A stretch of DNA of 64,000 bases from Iphione sp. A-MEVVRFRX5 (GCA_976226885.1 OZ320319.1:71610001-71674000), one strand, 5' to 3'. Numbered from the stretch's first letter, positions 35,859 through 46,585 are shown. The notes: generated by a model from the letters alone, not told the origin. Program-made: numbers and translations.

Positions 35859-36871
35859 CCGGAGCCAGGACGAATTGGGGGTATGAGCACCCAGGTGGCA
35901 CTCAAAAAGTTCATGGAAGGTGGTGGAACACCTGGAGCGTGTAGCGCTCAAAAGTTCCAGTAGGACATGACGGACGTCCTGAGGATCATCGGCATCCAAA
36001 ACGAGTCCGTGTAGGGGTAGACTCCCTGTAAGCGTCCAAAAAGTTCTGGGAGGTGAAAGCGAGGAGAGCCTGGAGCTGCTAGAAACTTAGAATGCTCCTC
36101 GGAAGGAGAGAGTAGACATCCTGGGGGCCATGCGGGCCCTGAAAAGGTCTAGGAGGAGGACGGACATCCTGGGACGCTTAAAAAGGTCTGGAGTGGGAGG
36201 ATGAACATCCCAGAGTGCACAAAAGAGCTTATGGAATGTGCAGGGCTATCGGAGAGGGCCAGGAGTTAGACATCGGAAGACTGGAGAACGATCTCCAGAG
36301 GGGTCGATAGGTAGGCCCCTGAGAGGAGCAACCGAGAGGGTGACTAGGACGAGAACAGACTGTTCCACAAAGAGTTAGGTTCCCCCCCCTTTTACCACCA
36401 AGGGGTGGGAGAGAAACCGGCCTCCACACCGTCGCCGCACGGAACGCTATCCAAACTGCTGGTCATCCCCGCTGAGGGAACGCTTGGGCCAGGACGTAGC
36501 CCATGGCTTCCGCAAGACAAGAGATCCATCGTGGGCCTGGTGAGGAAGAGTAGCACTACGTATGGATAGCAACGGGCTGGCCAAACCACGGTCTGAACCA
36601 AGCTGCCGTCCCTTTCCTCTAGGAGAAGGCGGAGACCAAGATGCTGTCCACTTCCTCTGGGGGCACCTGCTGCTCGGCTGCTAGGATAAGGTAAAAGATA
36701 ATCATCCCATCTAACCGACGGCCCCTGACATTAGGAAGTAAATTCCCCCCCTTTTTCCCTCTGAAAGGACCGACAAAGAGAATCAAAGGTTAGGAAATTT
36801 ATTCATCAGCAACAGTAAAAATATACACTTGAGTATATACAATGGCTACATACAACATGCAAGCCCCAGGG

Positions 36872-38082
36872 TTAGTCATCCTCCACCAGGATGGGGTGGC
36901 ACGCCAAATCCCCTGCCCGCACCTCCAGCAACCAGTTCACGATCCCAGTGGGCAGGTCATCAACCAAGGCCCGGCCAAAGAGGGGGCCTGTCTCGGGGGA
37001 CCCCACTGGTGTTGGGCGCGATGGGGTGTCGCAGGAAGACAATGAGTCTGGTGACGGGGAACGCGGGGAGGAGGACTCGGAGGAGCCGTCCGAGCTGAGG
37101 ACGGGAAACCAGTCGCAATCGGAAGAGGCTTGTCGGGGTGGTGTCCGCGTTGAGAACAACCCAAAAGATTCGTCAGAAGAGGAGTCGTAGTGAGGACTCC
37201 AGGGATCGAGCATCTCTGTTGTCCATGACCCCGGAGACCAGGAACGCTCGCTGGGCGAGGAAACGAAGGGCCGGGCCGGTGGAGACGACGGGATGTATGC
37301 AGGGGAGCGGTCGTCCAGCTGGCTCAGGTAGGCCTCTACGGAGCGGGGGCTCACCTCGGGAGATACCGCCTCCGCCCGGACCGAGTAACAAGGGGAGGTG
37401 GGAGGAGCCAGCGGCGTCATCGGAATGGCCGAACATGGGGAAGATGGCTCGATGGGGTGCACACTGATGGTAACCCGGTGGTAGGGCCCAAAGAGCTGTA
37501 CTTGGCCCGGAGCAGGAATGAACAGAGGGTCGGTGAGGACTGGGTAGAGTCCGAACACCCGGATCATTGGTCCGGGCGTCCCTATGTCCAGGGACCTGTA
37601 GTAAGTATCCGGCGGGAAACTCCTGGGAGGAAGAAAGAAGAAAGAAGGTTAGAAAAAAAAGAAAAAAAAAAAAAAAAAAAAAAAAAAGAGTTCTCTTACC
37701 TGGTGAGCAACCAACTGACAACTGGCAACAGTAGGAAAACCAGCAGGTCACAACTGGTAATCGTGGACGGCTCCAAAGGAAACGGAGACTCTACCTATCA
37801 TCCGCTGGAGGGTACCCTGCTAACTCCCGGGCCAAGGCCTCAATGTCAGGGGACTGACACGGCTGGGGCAGAGATAGGGATGCTCTGGAATATCAGGAGC
37901 AAGGAAAGTGTAAGCAACCATTCTTCCCTCACCCCCCTCCTGTTTGGAAATAGCAAGGATACACAGCAAAAAGTATGCAGCACTAAGAAATCTTACCGGT
38001 CGGACCACACAGGATCCCTGGACTCCCAAGGGAGAAAACATCCATGCTGGGTCATGCCTGTGAGATAGGGAGGTAATTCCAT
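36872..38082 (-). CDS. Predicted spliced antisense accessory gene, 308 aa (exons 38082-37997, 37884-37795, 37622-36872), Ser/Pro-rich, function unknown
   Basis: TATAAATA at 38158-38151 and a GCCATGG start. GT-AG introns 37996-37885 and 37794-37623 keep the frame (86+90+751 = 927 nt). AATAAA at 36803-36798. Confidence 0.6.
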
Positions 38083-38150
38083 GGCTGGAAGGCCCAAGTG
38101 TACGCCTAAGTGTCTTCGCGACGACTGGCGCAGCAGACCGCGCGGTGCGA

Positions 38151-38900
38151 TATTTATAGACGGGTACAACTGTCGCTCGGGCCCCGTGAGAAACACAGAC
38201 ACCGCGCGGAGGGCCCGACCGGTACCTGAACGCTAGCTCGCTCGGGCCCCGTGTAGAAAACGAAAACGAGCAAAACGGGCCCGATCGATAAGCAGACTGG
38301 GAGAAAAAGGTTTTTCGTGGCAGAAAAATATTCGTAAAATTACCTACAGCGAAAAAGGGCCCGACCAAGTACGAGGTTACGCTCGGGCCCCCAAACCGGA
38401 AGAGGCCGAAAGGTAAACATCCGCCGAGCCTCGTTTTGATCTCCAGAAGCAGCAGACGAGTTTTCGTGTCAATAAAAACTGCAAAATTTAAGGAACTAAA
38501 GAAGAATCAACCCGAAGAGAAGGAGGAAATGGATCAAGACCCATCCTAGCATCATCAAGGACGTCCCTTTGAAGAGGGGGGAGGAAGCAGAAGCCAGCTT
38601 CGTGGGAGAAAAGACCGACCGGCGTTGGGGCCCGACAAGCAGAAGACCTGAGGGCCCGAGCGGAGGAGTACGCTGATCTGTGTGAGTGTAGCGAATCTTC
38701 CCTTCTGTCGGGCCCTGCCTCTGTTGTTTTTTCGTGGAGTACGCTGATCTGTAGCGAATATCCCCTTCTGTCGGGCCCTGCCTCTGTTGTTTTCGTGATG
38801 CAGCACGGGCCCGAGTGATACCGCGATTGTTGTACCTTTGGGGGGCCCGAACACCGAGCATTCGTTGTGATCCTATAGGGCCCGAGCAGCAGGGCCCGAG
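38151..38900. promoter_or_regulatory. Candidate internal bidirectional promoter with 14 GGGCCCGA motifs
   Basis: Non-coding interval between two divergent ORFs. All 14 GGGCCC hexamers in it extend to GGGCCCGA or TCGGGCCC. Confidence 0.6.
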
Positions 38901-38964
38901 CCCCAAGCCTTGTCAAGACCTCCAGTAAGTAGTTGTCTTCCCCGTACTACCTGGCCATCCCATC

Positions 38965-40932
38965 ATGCCGCGTCCCATCATTGGCATGCCAAAGGTAAAG
39001 AGGGTGTTGAAGAAGGATGACCCCATCCCAGAGGGGACTAAGTTGTGTCAACTCTGCACTGTAAGGCGGCCCTTTTTTCCCGGGGATTCCATGGAACGCC
39101 ACCTGGATGCAGTCCACCGGGGGAAAAGGAGCCGGCGCATGTACTGCCTGTACTGCCCAGGTGTGATAGGGGATGTGCATTCCTGGGCCGCGCATGTGCG
39201 GCGCTACCACCCGTGGGCTGCTCAAATGGGCCTGGTAGAGCCGAGGTATCGGGATCTCTACGACGTGACACCCAAGGCGGACCCGCACGTACCTGATGAC
39301 GAGCTGACCCCGATCATCTTGAGAGCTCGCACTCTGAGGGCCGACGGATGGGCCCTGGGGGAGGCAGAAGCGGAGGACATGTTGGCCAACGCCCCGCGTC
39401 GCTCCTCGCCCCCACGTGTAGAGCGGGAAACCCGAGCCTCGTCAAGGCGGCGGAAGGCCTCGGCCGGCACCCCGAACGAGAGGAGTAAGCCTGCCAAAAG
39501 AGGGAGGAGTACAGCAGTCGTCCCACCCACTACACCTCCACTGGGTCAGGCGGAGGGTCACGGGGATTCCCCGGCAAGGGTGCGACAGCCTAGCCAGGAA
39601 GTGGACGTCCCGTATGCCGCCGATCGCCCGCCCAGTATGGCTACCCCCACCTTGTCCAAGGCCCCCTCTACAACCTCTGCCGCTACCCCCCGGGGGAAGA
39701 GTAGAGCCGCAAAGAGAAGGAAAGGGGCGTCGGTCGCCCAGCCTACTGCACCTCCCCCGGGTGACGGGGAAGGCCGTGAGAACCCCCCAGCAAGGACGGG
39801 CCAGCCCTGCCAGGGGGCGGTCGCCCCTTACCCCGCCGGTCATCTACCCAGTGCGGCCACCCCTGCCTTGCCTGGAGCCCCCCCTTCAGCTGAAGGGACA
39901 CCAGCTACTGACGACCCAGGTGATGCCGCCCCCACCTGGAGGCTACCCGCAACCTGGGATCAGGGGGAGGTTGATGCAGTGGTCTCGCAACTGCAGCGAG
40001 CAGTAGAACCTCCCCTGGTAGGCCTCCTGTCGGCCGGCGACACGACCCAGACAGGTAGGGCCCCAGCTACGCGGGACCCCCTCTTATGCCAAGGGGTCGC
40101 TACTCCCTGCCCAACGTCGGGAGAGTGGAGCGGGAGGCCTTCTGGCACGTACCAACCATCTACCCCGTCTCGGGACACTGTTCCGGGGTGGGGAGAGCTG
40201 GAGATGGGCCCCCTCGGCCCAGGATTTGTGCTCTCAGGGACTGAGGAAACCCTACCGGGTCCCTCTACGTCCGTGCAGGGGCGACTACCCCGTATGGCTC
40301 AGCGCCTCTTATCGCCTGACCGGGCTGGCCCTGCCGCTGCCCGGGCGATGGACATCCTCGATGGGCTAGCCCCACCCTACTTCACAGTCGCCCGCGCCTC
40401 TACCCCCCCTGCACCTGTCCGCCTGCCCTCCACTATGCCGTGGCCACCTCGGGGTTGGGAGGCATGGAGCCCCACCCATCGGCTAATGGCCTGTGTCTCT
40501 GTTGCGTGGGTATTATTTCTGGCAGAGGGAGACGTGCAGGCCCCCAAGTCCTTGCTGACACCGTTGCAGCGGCACCCCTGGCTATTACTCCCCGGGGTCA
40601 CCATCCCCACTGCGGCCGACTGGGGCAGCTTGGAGGCCACCATTGGGCGACACAATCGGGCGGTGGATGCAGCGGAGGGATTACTAAAAGGTTTGCAGGC
40701 CCAAGTGGGGGATCAACAGAAGCCACCGGTGGAGGCCCGACAATGGAGGCAGGAGGCCAGCCTAGCGAGGTCGGCACGCGAACAGCGTAACCCAACCCTG
40801 GCTGACATCTGTGCGTTTGCTCCGCCCTGGCAAAGTCGGCTTGACTTGCAGGACATTTGGCCAGAGGCAGCACTACCGACCCACTCCGGCTCCCAGGCAG
40901 AGTACTCCCCCTTAGCATCGCGCCAACAGTAG
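38965..40932 (+). CDS. Accessory ORF, 655 aa, with two N-terminal C2H2-like zinc fingers, basic patches and a Pro-rich middle
   Basis: C-x2-C-x14-H-x4-H (CQLC...HLDAVH) and C-x2-C-x12-H-x4-H (CLYC...HVRRYH). The ORF is uninterrupted and lies inside the LTR pair. No signal peptide is evident. Confidence 0.8.
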   Translation: MPRPIIGMPKVKRVLKKDDPIPEGTKLCQLCTVRRPFFPGDSMERHLDAVHRGKRSRRMYCLYCPGVIGDVHSWAAHVRRYHPWAAQMGLVEPRYRDLYDVTPKADPHVPDDELTPIILRARTLRADGWALGEAEAEDMLANAPRRSSPPRVERETRASSRRRKASAGTPNERSKPAKRGRSTAVVPPTTPPLGQAEGHGDSPARVRQPSQEVDVPYAADRPPSMATPTLSKAPSTTSAATPRGKSRAAKRRKGASVAQPTAPPPGDGEGRENPPARTGQPCQGAVAPYPAGHLPSAATPALPGAPPSAEGTPATDDPGDAAPTWRLPATWDQGEVDAVVSQLQRAVEPPLVGLLSAGDTTQTGRAPATRDPLLCQGVATPCPTSGEWSGRPSGTYQPSTPSRDTVPGWGELEMGPLGPGFVLSGTEETLPGPSTSVQGRLPRMAQRLLSPDRAGPAAARAMDILDGLAPPYFTVARASTPPAPVRLPSTMPWPPRGWEAWSPTHRLMACVSVAWVLFLAEGDVQAPKSLLTPLQRHPWLLLPGVTIPTAADWGSLEATIGRHNRAVDAAEGLLKGLQAQVGDQQKPPVEARQWRQEASLARSAREQRNPTLADICAFAPPWQSRLDLQDIWPEAALPTHSGSQAEYSPLASRQQ

Positions 40933-42078
40933 GTGGAGATTGTAGCCGCTACCTTAGAGACCTTTCATGGGGAAGGGACCGACACAGGGACATAGGGGTG
41001 GGGTATATTTTGTGTAATCTAACGGTAACCCCGACTGTTCTGCTGGAAGGCTAAAAGAAAGAGGACTGTACCTCCCAAAAAGAGAATTTTTGATGGATGC
41101 TGTGCTCAGGTGTTACCAGATAATGAGGTGTTGTCGGACTCTGTGGGGGGGATTTGATGTTGTTTATCCAAGAACAGAGGGAACTGGCGGATAAGGCATA
41201 CCAGGTGTTAGGTGATTACTATAAGTCGTTCTGTGATCAAGGTGTTGATTATATGTAACCACAAAGGATACTGATGACGTTTCTGTAGGGGGGGGGCAAA
41301 ATGGATATGCGCCATACTGTGATTTGAGAAAAGAAAACTACAGAAGAGGACTGTACCTCCCAAAAAGAGAATCCGTGTAAGTGAAGTGATTAGATGTTGC
41401 CGGCCTATGTGCCGCTGGTGGTGTTGACAGTACTTACCCAAGCGAGTGGTGGCAAAGCAGTGTGATACCAACATGACGGGTGTTGCCAAGCGATCAGGAG
41501 TGATTTGATTATGTACCAGTGACGACGTTAAGGATGTTAATAGTATTTACCCAAGATTATGTGCCATTGATGATGTTAAGAGTGTTGGCAGTATTTACCC
41601 AAGTGAAAAGTGGCAAAGCGGTGTGATAGCGACATGACGGGCGTTCCCAAGTGATCAGGTGTGGCTAGATTATGTGACTGTGATAGACGTTACAATTTCA
41701 CCACCCCGTTACGATCTGATCAGCTGTTGTTATCAAATATGCCACTACTACTGTTATAGCTTATCATATTACTGTGAACAATCAATTCTCGTCTTGTTGT
41801 GATTTTCTCGGGTTGTTACTCAGACAGGCATGATGGCCTTGTGTTTACCACTGTTTTGTTAAAAATTTGGTCTGTTGATGCTATCAAGTGTGATATTGTT
41901 AGAGGGGCCTATTTTCAAGTTGCTATCAAGTATGTCGTTACGATTTTCTCAGGGTGTCCCCCAGATGTTGTTTTCCTAGCTGTGATAGGTGTGGCCGCCT
42001 CGCGTTCGCCGTTGTTCTGTTATGATTTGATCCGTTAGTGCTATCAAGTGTGACATTGTTAGAGGGGCCTATTTTTTT

Positions 42079-42091
42079 AAGCAGGGGAGAG
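42079..42091 (+). promoter_or_regulatory. Polypurine tract
   Basis: AAGCAGGGGAGAG immediately precedes the 3' LTR. Confidence 0.85.
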
Positions 42092-42639
42092 TGTAGGGTA
42101 GCGTAAGGAGGGCTAGACGTACTACATGTACTTGAGAAGGGCCCAAGCAGTTTAAGGAGAAGAAAGTAGGGGCCCGAGCATATAGGGGAGGGGCCCGAAC
42201 AACTGTAGTGGGGCCCAACCACTTTTGTACAAGGGCCCAGCTGTTGCACCGAATGCCCCCTACTTTGACTGACAGATGAGACCAGAAAGAGCAATGTTGT
42301 ATCAATTTTATTCCATATTTGGATACAGTCACCGGGTCACATGACGTGTATACTTGCTATAAATAAGAGCCCTGTGTGGCAAATAAACCAGTCTGCACTT
42401 GGATTACGTTGTGGCTGTTGTCTCTTCAGGGAATGCTAGGAACACATACCCACTTGAACTTACCTTAGGGTTAGCCTATTGGAGTAACGTATTGGATTAA
42501 CACATGAGGATTATTAAGCCAGGCAATTAACTACCATAGGAGGATTTACCAAGTGGGAATAACAACACACATACGACACTTGGGGATATTACTTTATTCC
42601 AAGGAGTAACTCAAAGGAGATTTAAATACGCAGATTACA
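42092..42639 (+). repeat. 3' LTR (548 bp)
   Basis: Copy of 30793-31340, followed by the ATAT TSD. Confidence 0.98.
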
Positions 42640-43249
42640 ATATCATTTTCTAGTGGCCAGATAGATGTGGTTTGGGTCGTAGGGCAGTGAGAAGCTAGTT
42701 TAAAGGATTCCAAATGCACAGGTGAGCCTCATTGAGGTTTATCCGCATCAAGAGCAGTTTTCCTATAGTAACGTATCACTGTCTTTGGCTAAGGATGAAA
42801 TGCCAGGTAGTTTAGGAAATGGGAGAGTGACTACTCTGGCTGTGAATTCCAGGTACCGACAAGTACCGTATACGAACTGCGACGAGCCCTACTCATGACT
42901 TCGTCTGTACTGTGTAGTTCATTTGAGAAAATAACTGATATTTTCATCAACCAGTCTGTGTCTTTTCACTCTTCCTATAACGTTTTCAAAAGAAGTTTAT
43001 ATATCCGAAATATTCAATTTCCGAATCCGAATGTTGTCATTTGGTCAAAATACATTTAAATTATATTCAAAAACCGAATGGTAAGCCTTGGAGAGCTGAC
43101 TGCAAGCCCAGTCACTCTCCCCCAAGTTCGCTACCGTTTGATGAGCTTGCACCTCAAAACAATAACATAAGAGCTACATGCAGGTTGTGACCTCCTACAG
43201 TAAGAGACAACACAGGCAGAGAACAAAGAAACAGTTACATTCTCCCTGA

Positions 43250-43385
43250 AATTTGACATTTTTTGGCACTTTGTCCCTGAAATTTACCATTTTTCAGCAC
43301 TTTCTCCATGGAATTTGCCACAATCTCCATGAAATAGTCCTATTTCAGCACTTTCTCCGTGGGATTTGCCACAATCACCAAGAGA
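43250..43385. repeat. Degenerate minisatellite (cactttctccatggaatttgccacaatc-like)
   Basis: Three to four imperfect units are visible. Confidence 0.6.
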
Positions 43386-44903
43386 TTTATTTACTTTTGT
43401 AGGTACAAAAAGTGTTGAGGTATGGCCTAGGGCCCCACTTAACTGATTGAAAGTGGCAGTGGCCTGTAGCCACTATTTGAAATCAAAATTATCCGAAAAC
43501 CAAACGATTTTGGCTGAAATGGCGATCGTTTGGTTTTTGAATTCTCTCTGTACATGTTTGCCTTGCGGATATATTTTGTCTTTCCCTATACTTGGTCTCT
43601 TAACTGGGTTGGTCTTAAAGTCACTCCTAACATATACCCTTTAATGCCTACAATAGTAGAACAGCAAAGAAAATTGTATAAAAAAAAACTTAAAGTATCA
43701 AAGAAAACTTTGAAGTACAGGGTATTCATGAAGAACTCATTGTGATGATTCACTTTAGTAAGCAGGGTTTGAACTTAACTTTGTACAAATTTGACCACAG
43801 GGCCAAAATCTTTGGTACTTTTATAATCCAAACCATGGAGTTTATTTTAACAACGTATTTGGATGGAATAATATCTTGGCCACCTAGGTCGAAGTTTTTA
43901 TAGCTTGTACTGAAGCAATTCACCCCCATCCCCAATTATGACTAATGGTTACTGGGAGAATTAAATTCTGTCCCTGATTTTGGGGTGTAACTACTCCCTT
44001 GATCGATGACTATCTTCCATTTTTTATTATAAAATAATGTTCACCATGTACCGTATTACCCTTTACAAATACGTTGAAAGAAAACATTAATGTACACTTT
44101 GTGTTATATTTTCCTGAAATAAATTGTACTTAAAAACAATACGTAAACGGACCACCCCAGAACCACCTGGGAATGGGGCCAGAGAGCTTAGTCTGAAATG
44201 TTGGGTTGGACGTCAAATAAAAGTGAAATCTCGGGCAAAGAAAAATTGCACAAATGCTTTGATCAAAACAAAATAAAATGACTTTGCAAAATTGCTCAAG
44301 TGAGGGATTCATGAAACATGGACACCGCTTTTTCGCCTATTCATGTTCGCTTATGCAGAATCCATTTCTGATTTAATTTTCCTTTTTCTCTGTTTAACGA
44401 TATGACTAGCTGTATTTTTATTCCTCTGTTTTGTTTTTTTTATTTGTGAATGTCCCCTCTCCATTATTCTTCTCCTGCCTTTGTCCATTCTTACAGGAGA
44501 AAAGCATGTTTAGAAGGAGTGTGATATTGACCTTTTTGGCAACTGTACATCTTAGTTTGTCTATGACATCCACCTCCGCCAGTTTCTCTCTGGTCCATTG
44601 GCCCACCCCTCTACGAATCCTGGTTTCTATCTGTCCCCACTTCTTTGTCTAGGCGCGTTTTATTTCCGGATATACCTGTGCTTTCATTTGTAATTGCAAG
44701 TAATACCTGTAGAGGGAACCAGCGTAGACGACTGCAAATTCTCATATTTTCCTATAGACGGAGCCACCTTACTACCGTTAAAACCCCGAACTACCTACTG
44801 TCATTCAAGCCTTTGTTTACGTGTATCTACAAAATATCTTGTAGCTGTCCTCATATTAAGCGTTTTTCTGCTCCAACCTCTTCCAACCCAAATATTACAA
44901 ACT

Positions 44904-45073
44904 CAGGCCCGTAGACAGGAAGATTTCTGGGGGGGGGGGGGGGTTATCGGACGATACCCCTAGTACCACAGAGGTCGAACTATTCTTTTTCTATCCCTAT
45001 AAAGCCCAATAGATATTAATTGCTCTGGGGGGTATCGGACGATACCCTCGATACCCCCTTGGCTACGGGCATG
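44904..45073. mobile_element. MITE with CAGGCCCGTAG...CTACGGGCATG termini and apparent 5-bp TSD AAACT
   Basis: 11-bp imperfect TIR, with AAACT at 44899-44903 and 45074-45078. A related partial copy lies at 57259-57318. Confidence 0.7.
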
Positions 45074-46585
45074 AAACTACTAGAGACTCCAATAAGCGTC
45101 CGTTTTTGACTATCAGATAAGGCAAACATCATGCTAGATTGTAATTTGACACATTGCAGAAAATTAGATTGAGCTCCCTATACATGTACTTGAAAAACTA
45201 ACAATACCACAGGAAAAACTCCTGCCACTGACTTTTTTCTCATTAATTAAAAAGGAATTCATTTTGTCGAAGATGCTTTATTTCGAAAGGTAATCTACAA
45301 ATTTTCTTTTTCCGTTTGGTGAAGTCGAACAGCAGTTCCTCTCCATGAACGGCACCTATTGCATCTGACGGACAGGTCGCCCTTTCTCCATGCATGTAAA
45401 GGTTAACAGTAATAATGTGGCATTAGTTGAATTATATTTCTAACATATTAGTCCATTTGGAGACTGCATCTCATCTACGACATGGGATTCCATGTATAAC
45501 TTCAAGTTGTTCTCCTAGGTTGTTTTTTTTTCTTTACCGGATTCGACAGTTAAGGGTTTTATAAAGAAAAACACATGCTCTATGGGAGTTCCTTCGGCCT
45601 ATATTCCACTCAAAAGAAACGCTTCTTCTTAACAAGAAAAAAATACACTAATCCTTTTAACGTTTTACGGCCTTTTAAGTGTGTCCCTGCTTTCTCCCCC
45701 AACAGATGATACAGTAGGCGGTACAGACAAGTTATAAGGTGAACGGATGCATTGGCTACTGCTTCAGTTTCCTTATGTTGTATAGTAGAAGATGCATTTT
45801 TGTGTATTAAAAAAATTCAGTCATGGGCCACTTCTTTACTGTTCGTAGACTCATTTAACTTCTTTTGTAACATCCTACGATATATGTAGGAGGAAACAGT
45901 TATTTGTTTGGTTTATTTAAGTAGCCATGTTCCAGGGCCTTTGCGGAATCCATGTTCCAGGGCCATACAAGCCTCTCCCGCCTGGCGAAAAAACACCCCT
46001 GAGGACCAGCTGATGAGAGGGAAGAATTTTTCTTCCTCCCTCCCCGATGAGCCCATGGGGTGGATCTATGGAATGCATTCACACTTTGGAGTAAGCTGGC
46101 AAGGTCAGACCAAGGCGTTTCTATGGTTACCCATTCGCATCAACACAGAGTTTGCTGAAGGTAGCCAAAGTGTTTCTTTTCTACCACACCAATGCAAGGA
46201 AAGATCTGAGTAGTGAGAGTGCTCCATTATTTACTGGTTTTAACTAGATTACTTACTTGAAAATAAGAAACCAAAAGAAATCAGCAACATGAAAATGTCT
46301 AGAAATACAAATTAATGTTCACTATAAGAAATTAGTCTGAACGTGTAGCAACGTCACCCTTACTGTTTTGCTCTAGAAATTCGTGGCGGTCATTATAGGA
46401 TTTCCGATTTGACAAAATGTTCCTTTTGATTTTTTTTCATTTTTTAGTGTTAATACCTCACTTATGAACATGGCAAGTTTTGTTGAAGAGACCGTCAGTT
46501 TTGTTGAGGTTGGTCCGAGCTATCCCAGCTGTGTAACAATGGTGACTACGAAGCAGACGACAATTTGCTGTAACCAAAGCAACGG

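Larger units (their letters stand above)
30793..42639 (+). mobile_element. Full-length Ty3/Gypsy LTR retrotransposon (11,847 bp) with accessory genes
   Basis: Paired TG...CA LTRs, 4-bp TSD ATAT on both flanks, PBS and PPT. Gag, PR, RT, RH and IN occur in Ty3/Gypsy order. Confidence 0.98.

Noticed and set aside
32553-35999. Numerous antisense and alternate-frame ORFs overlapping pol
   Set aside because: Expected shadow ORFs of GC-rich coding sequence, with no independent signals.
35860-36780. Possible second antisense gene and degenerate ~45-nt repeats (aaaaggtct...ggacatcctgg) after the pol stop
   Set aside because: An acceptor-like site exists near 36683, but I could not build a coherent start, frame and polyA model. 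The repeats are too degenerate to define.
38965-40932. Interpretation of the accessory ORF as an envelope (env) gene
   Set aside because: No N-terminal signal peptide, no furin site/fusion peptide layout and no C-terminal TM anchor; it has zinc-finger-like and basic motifs instead.
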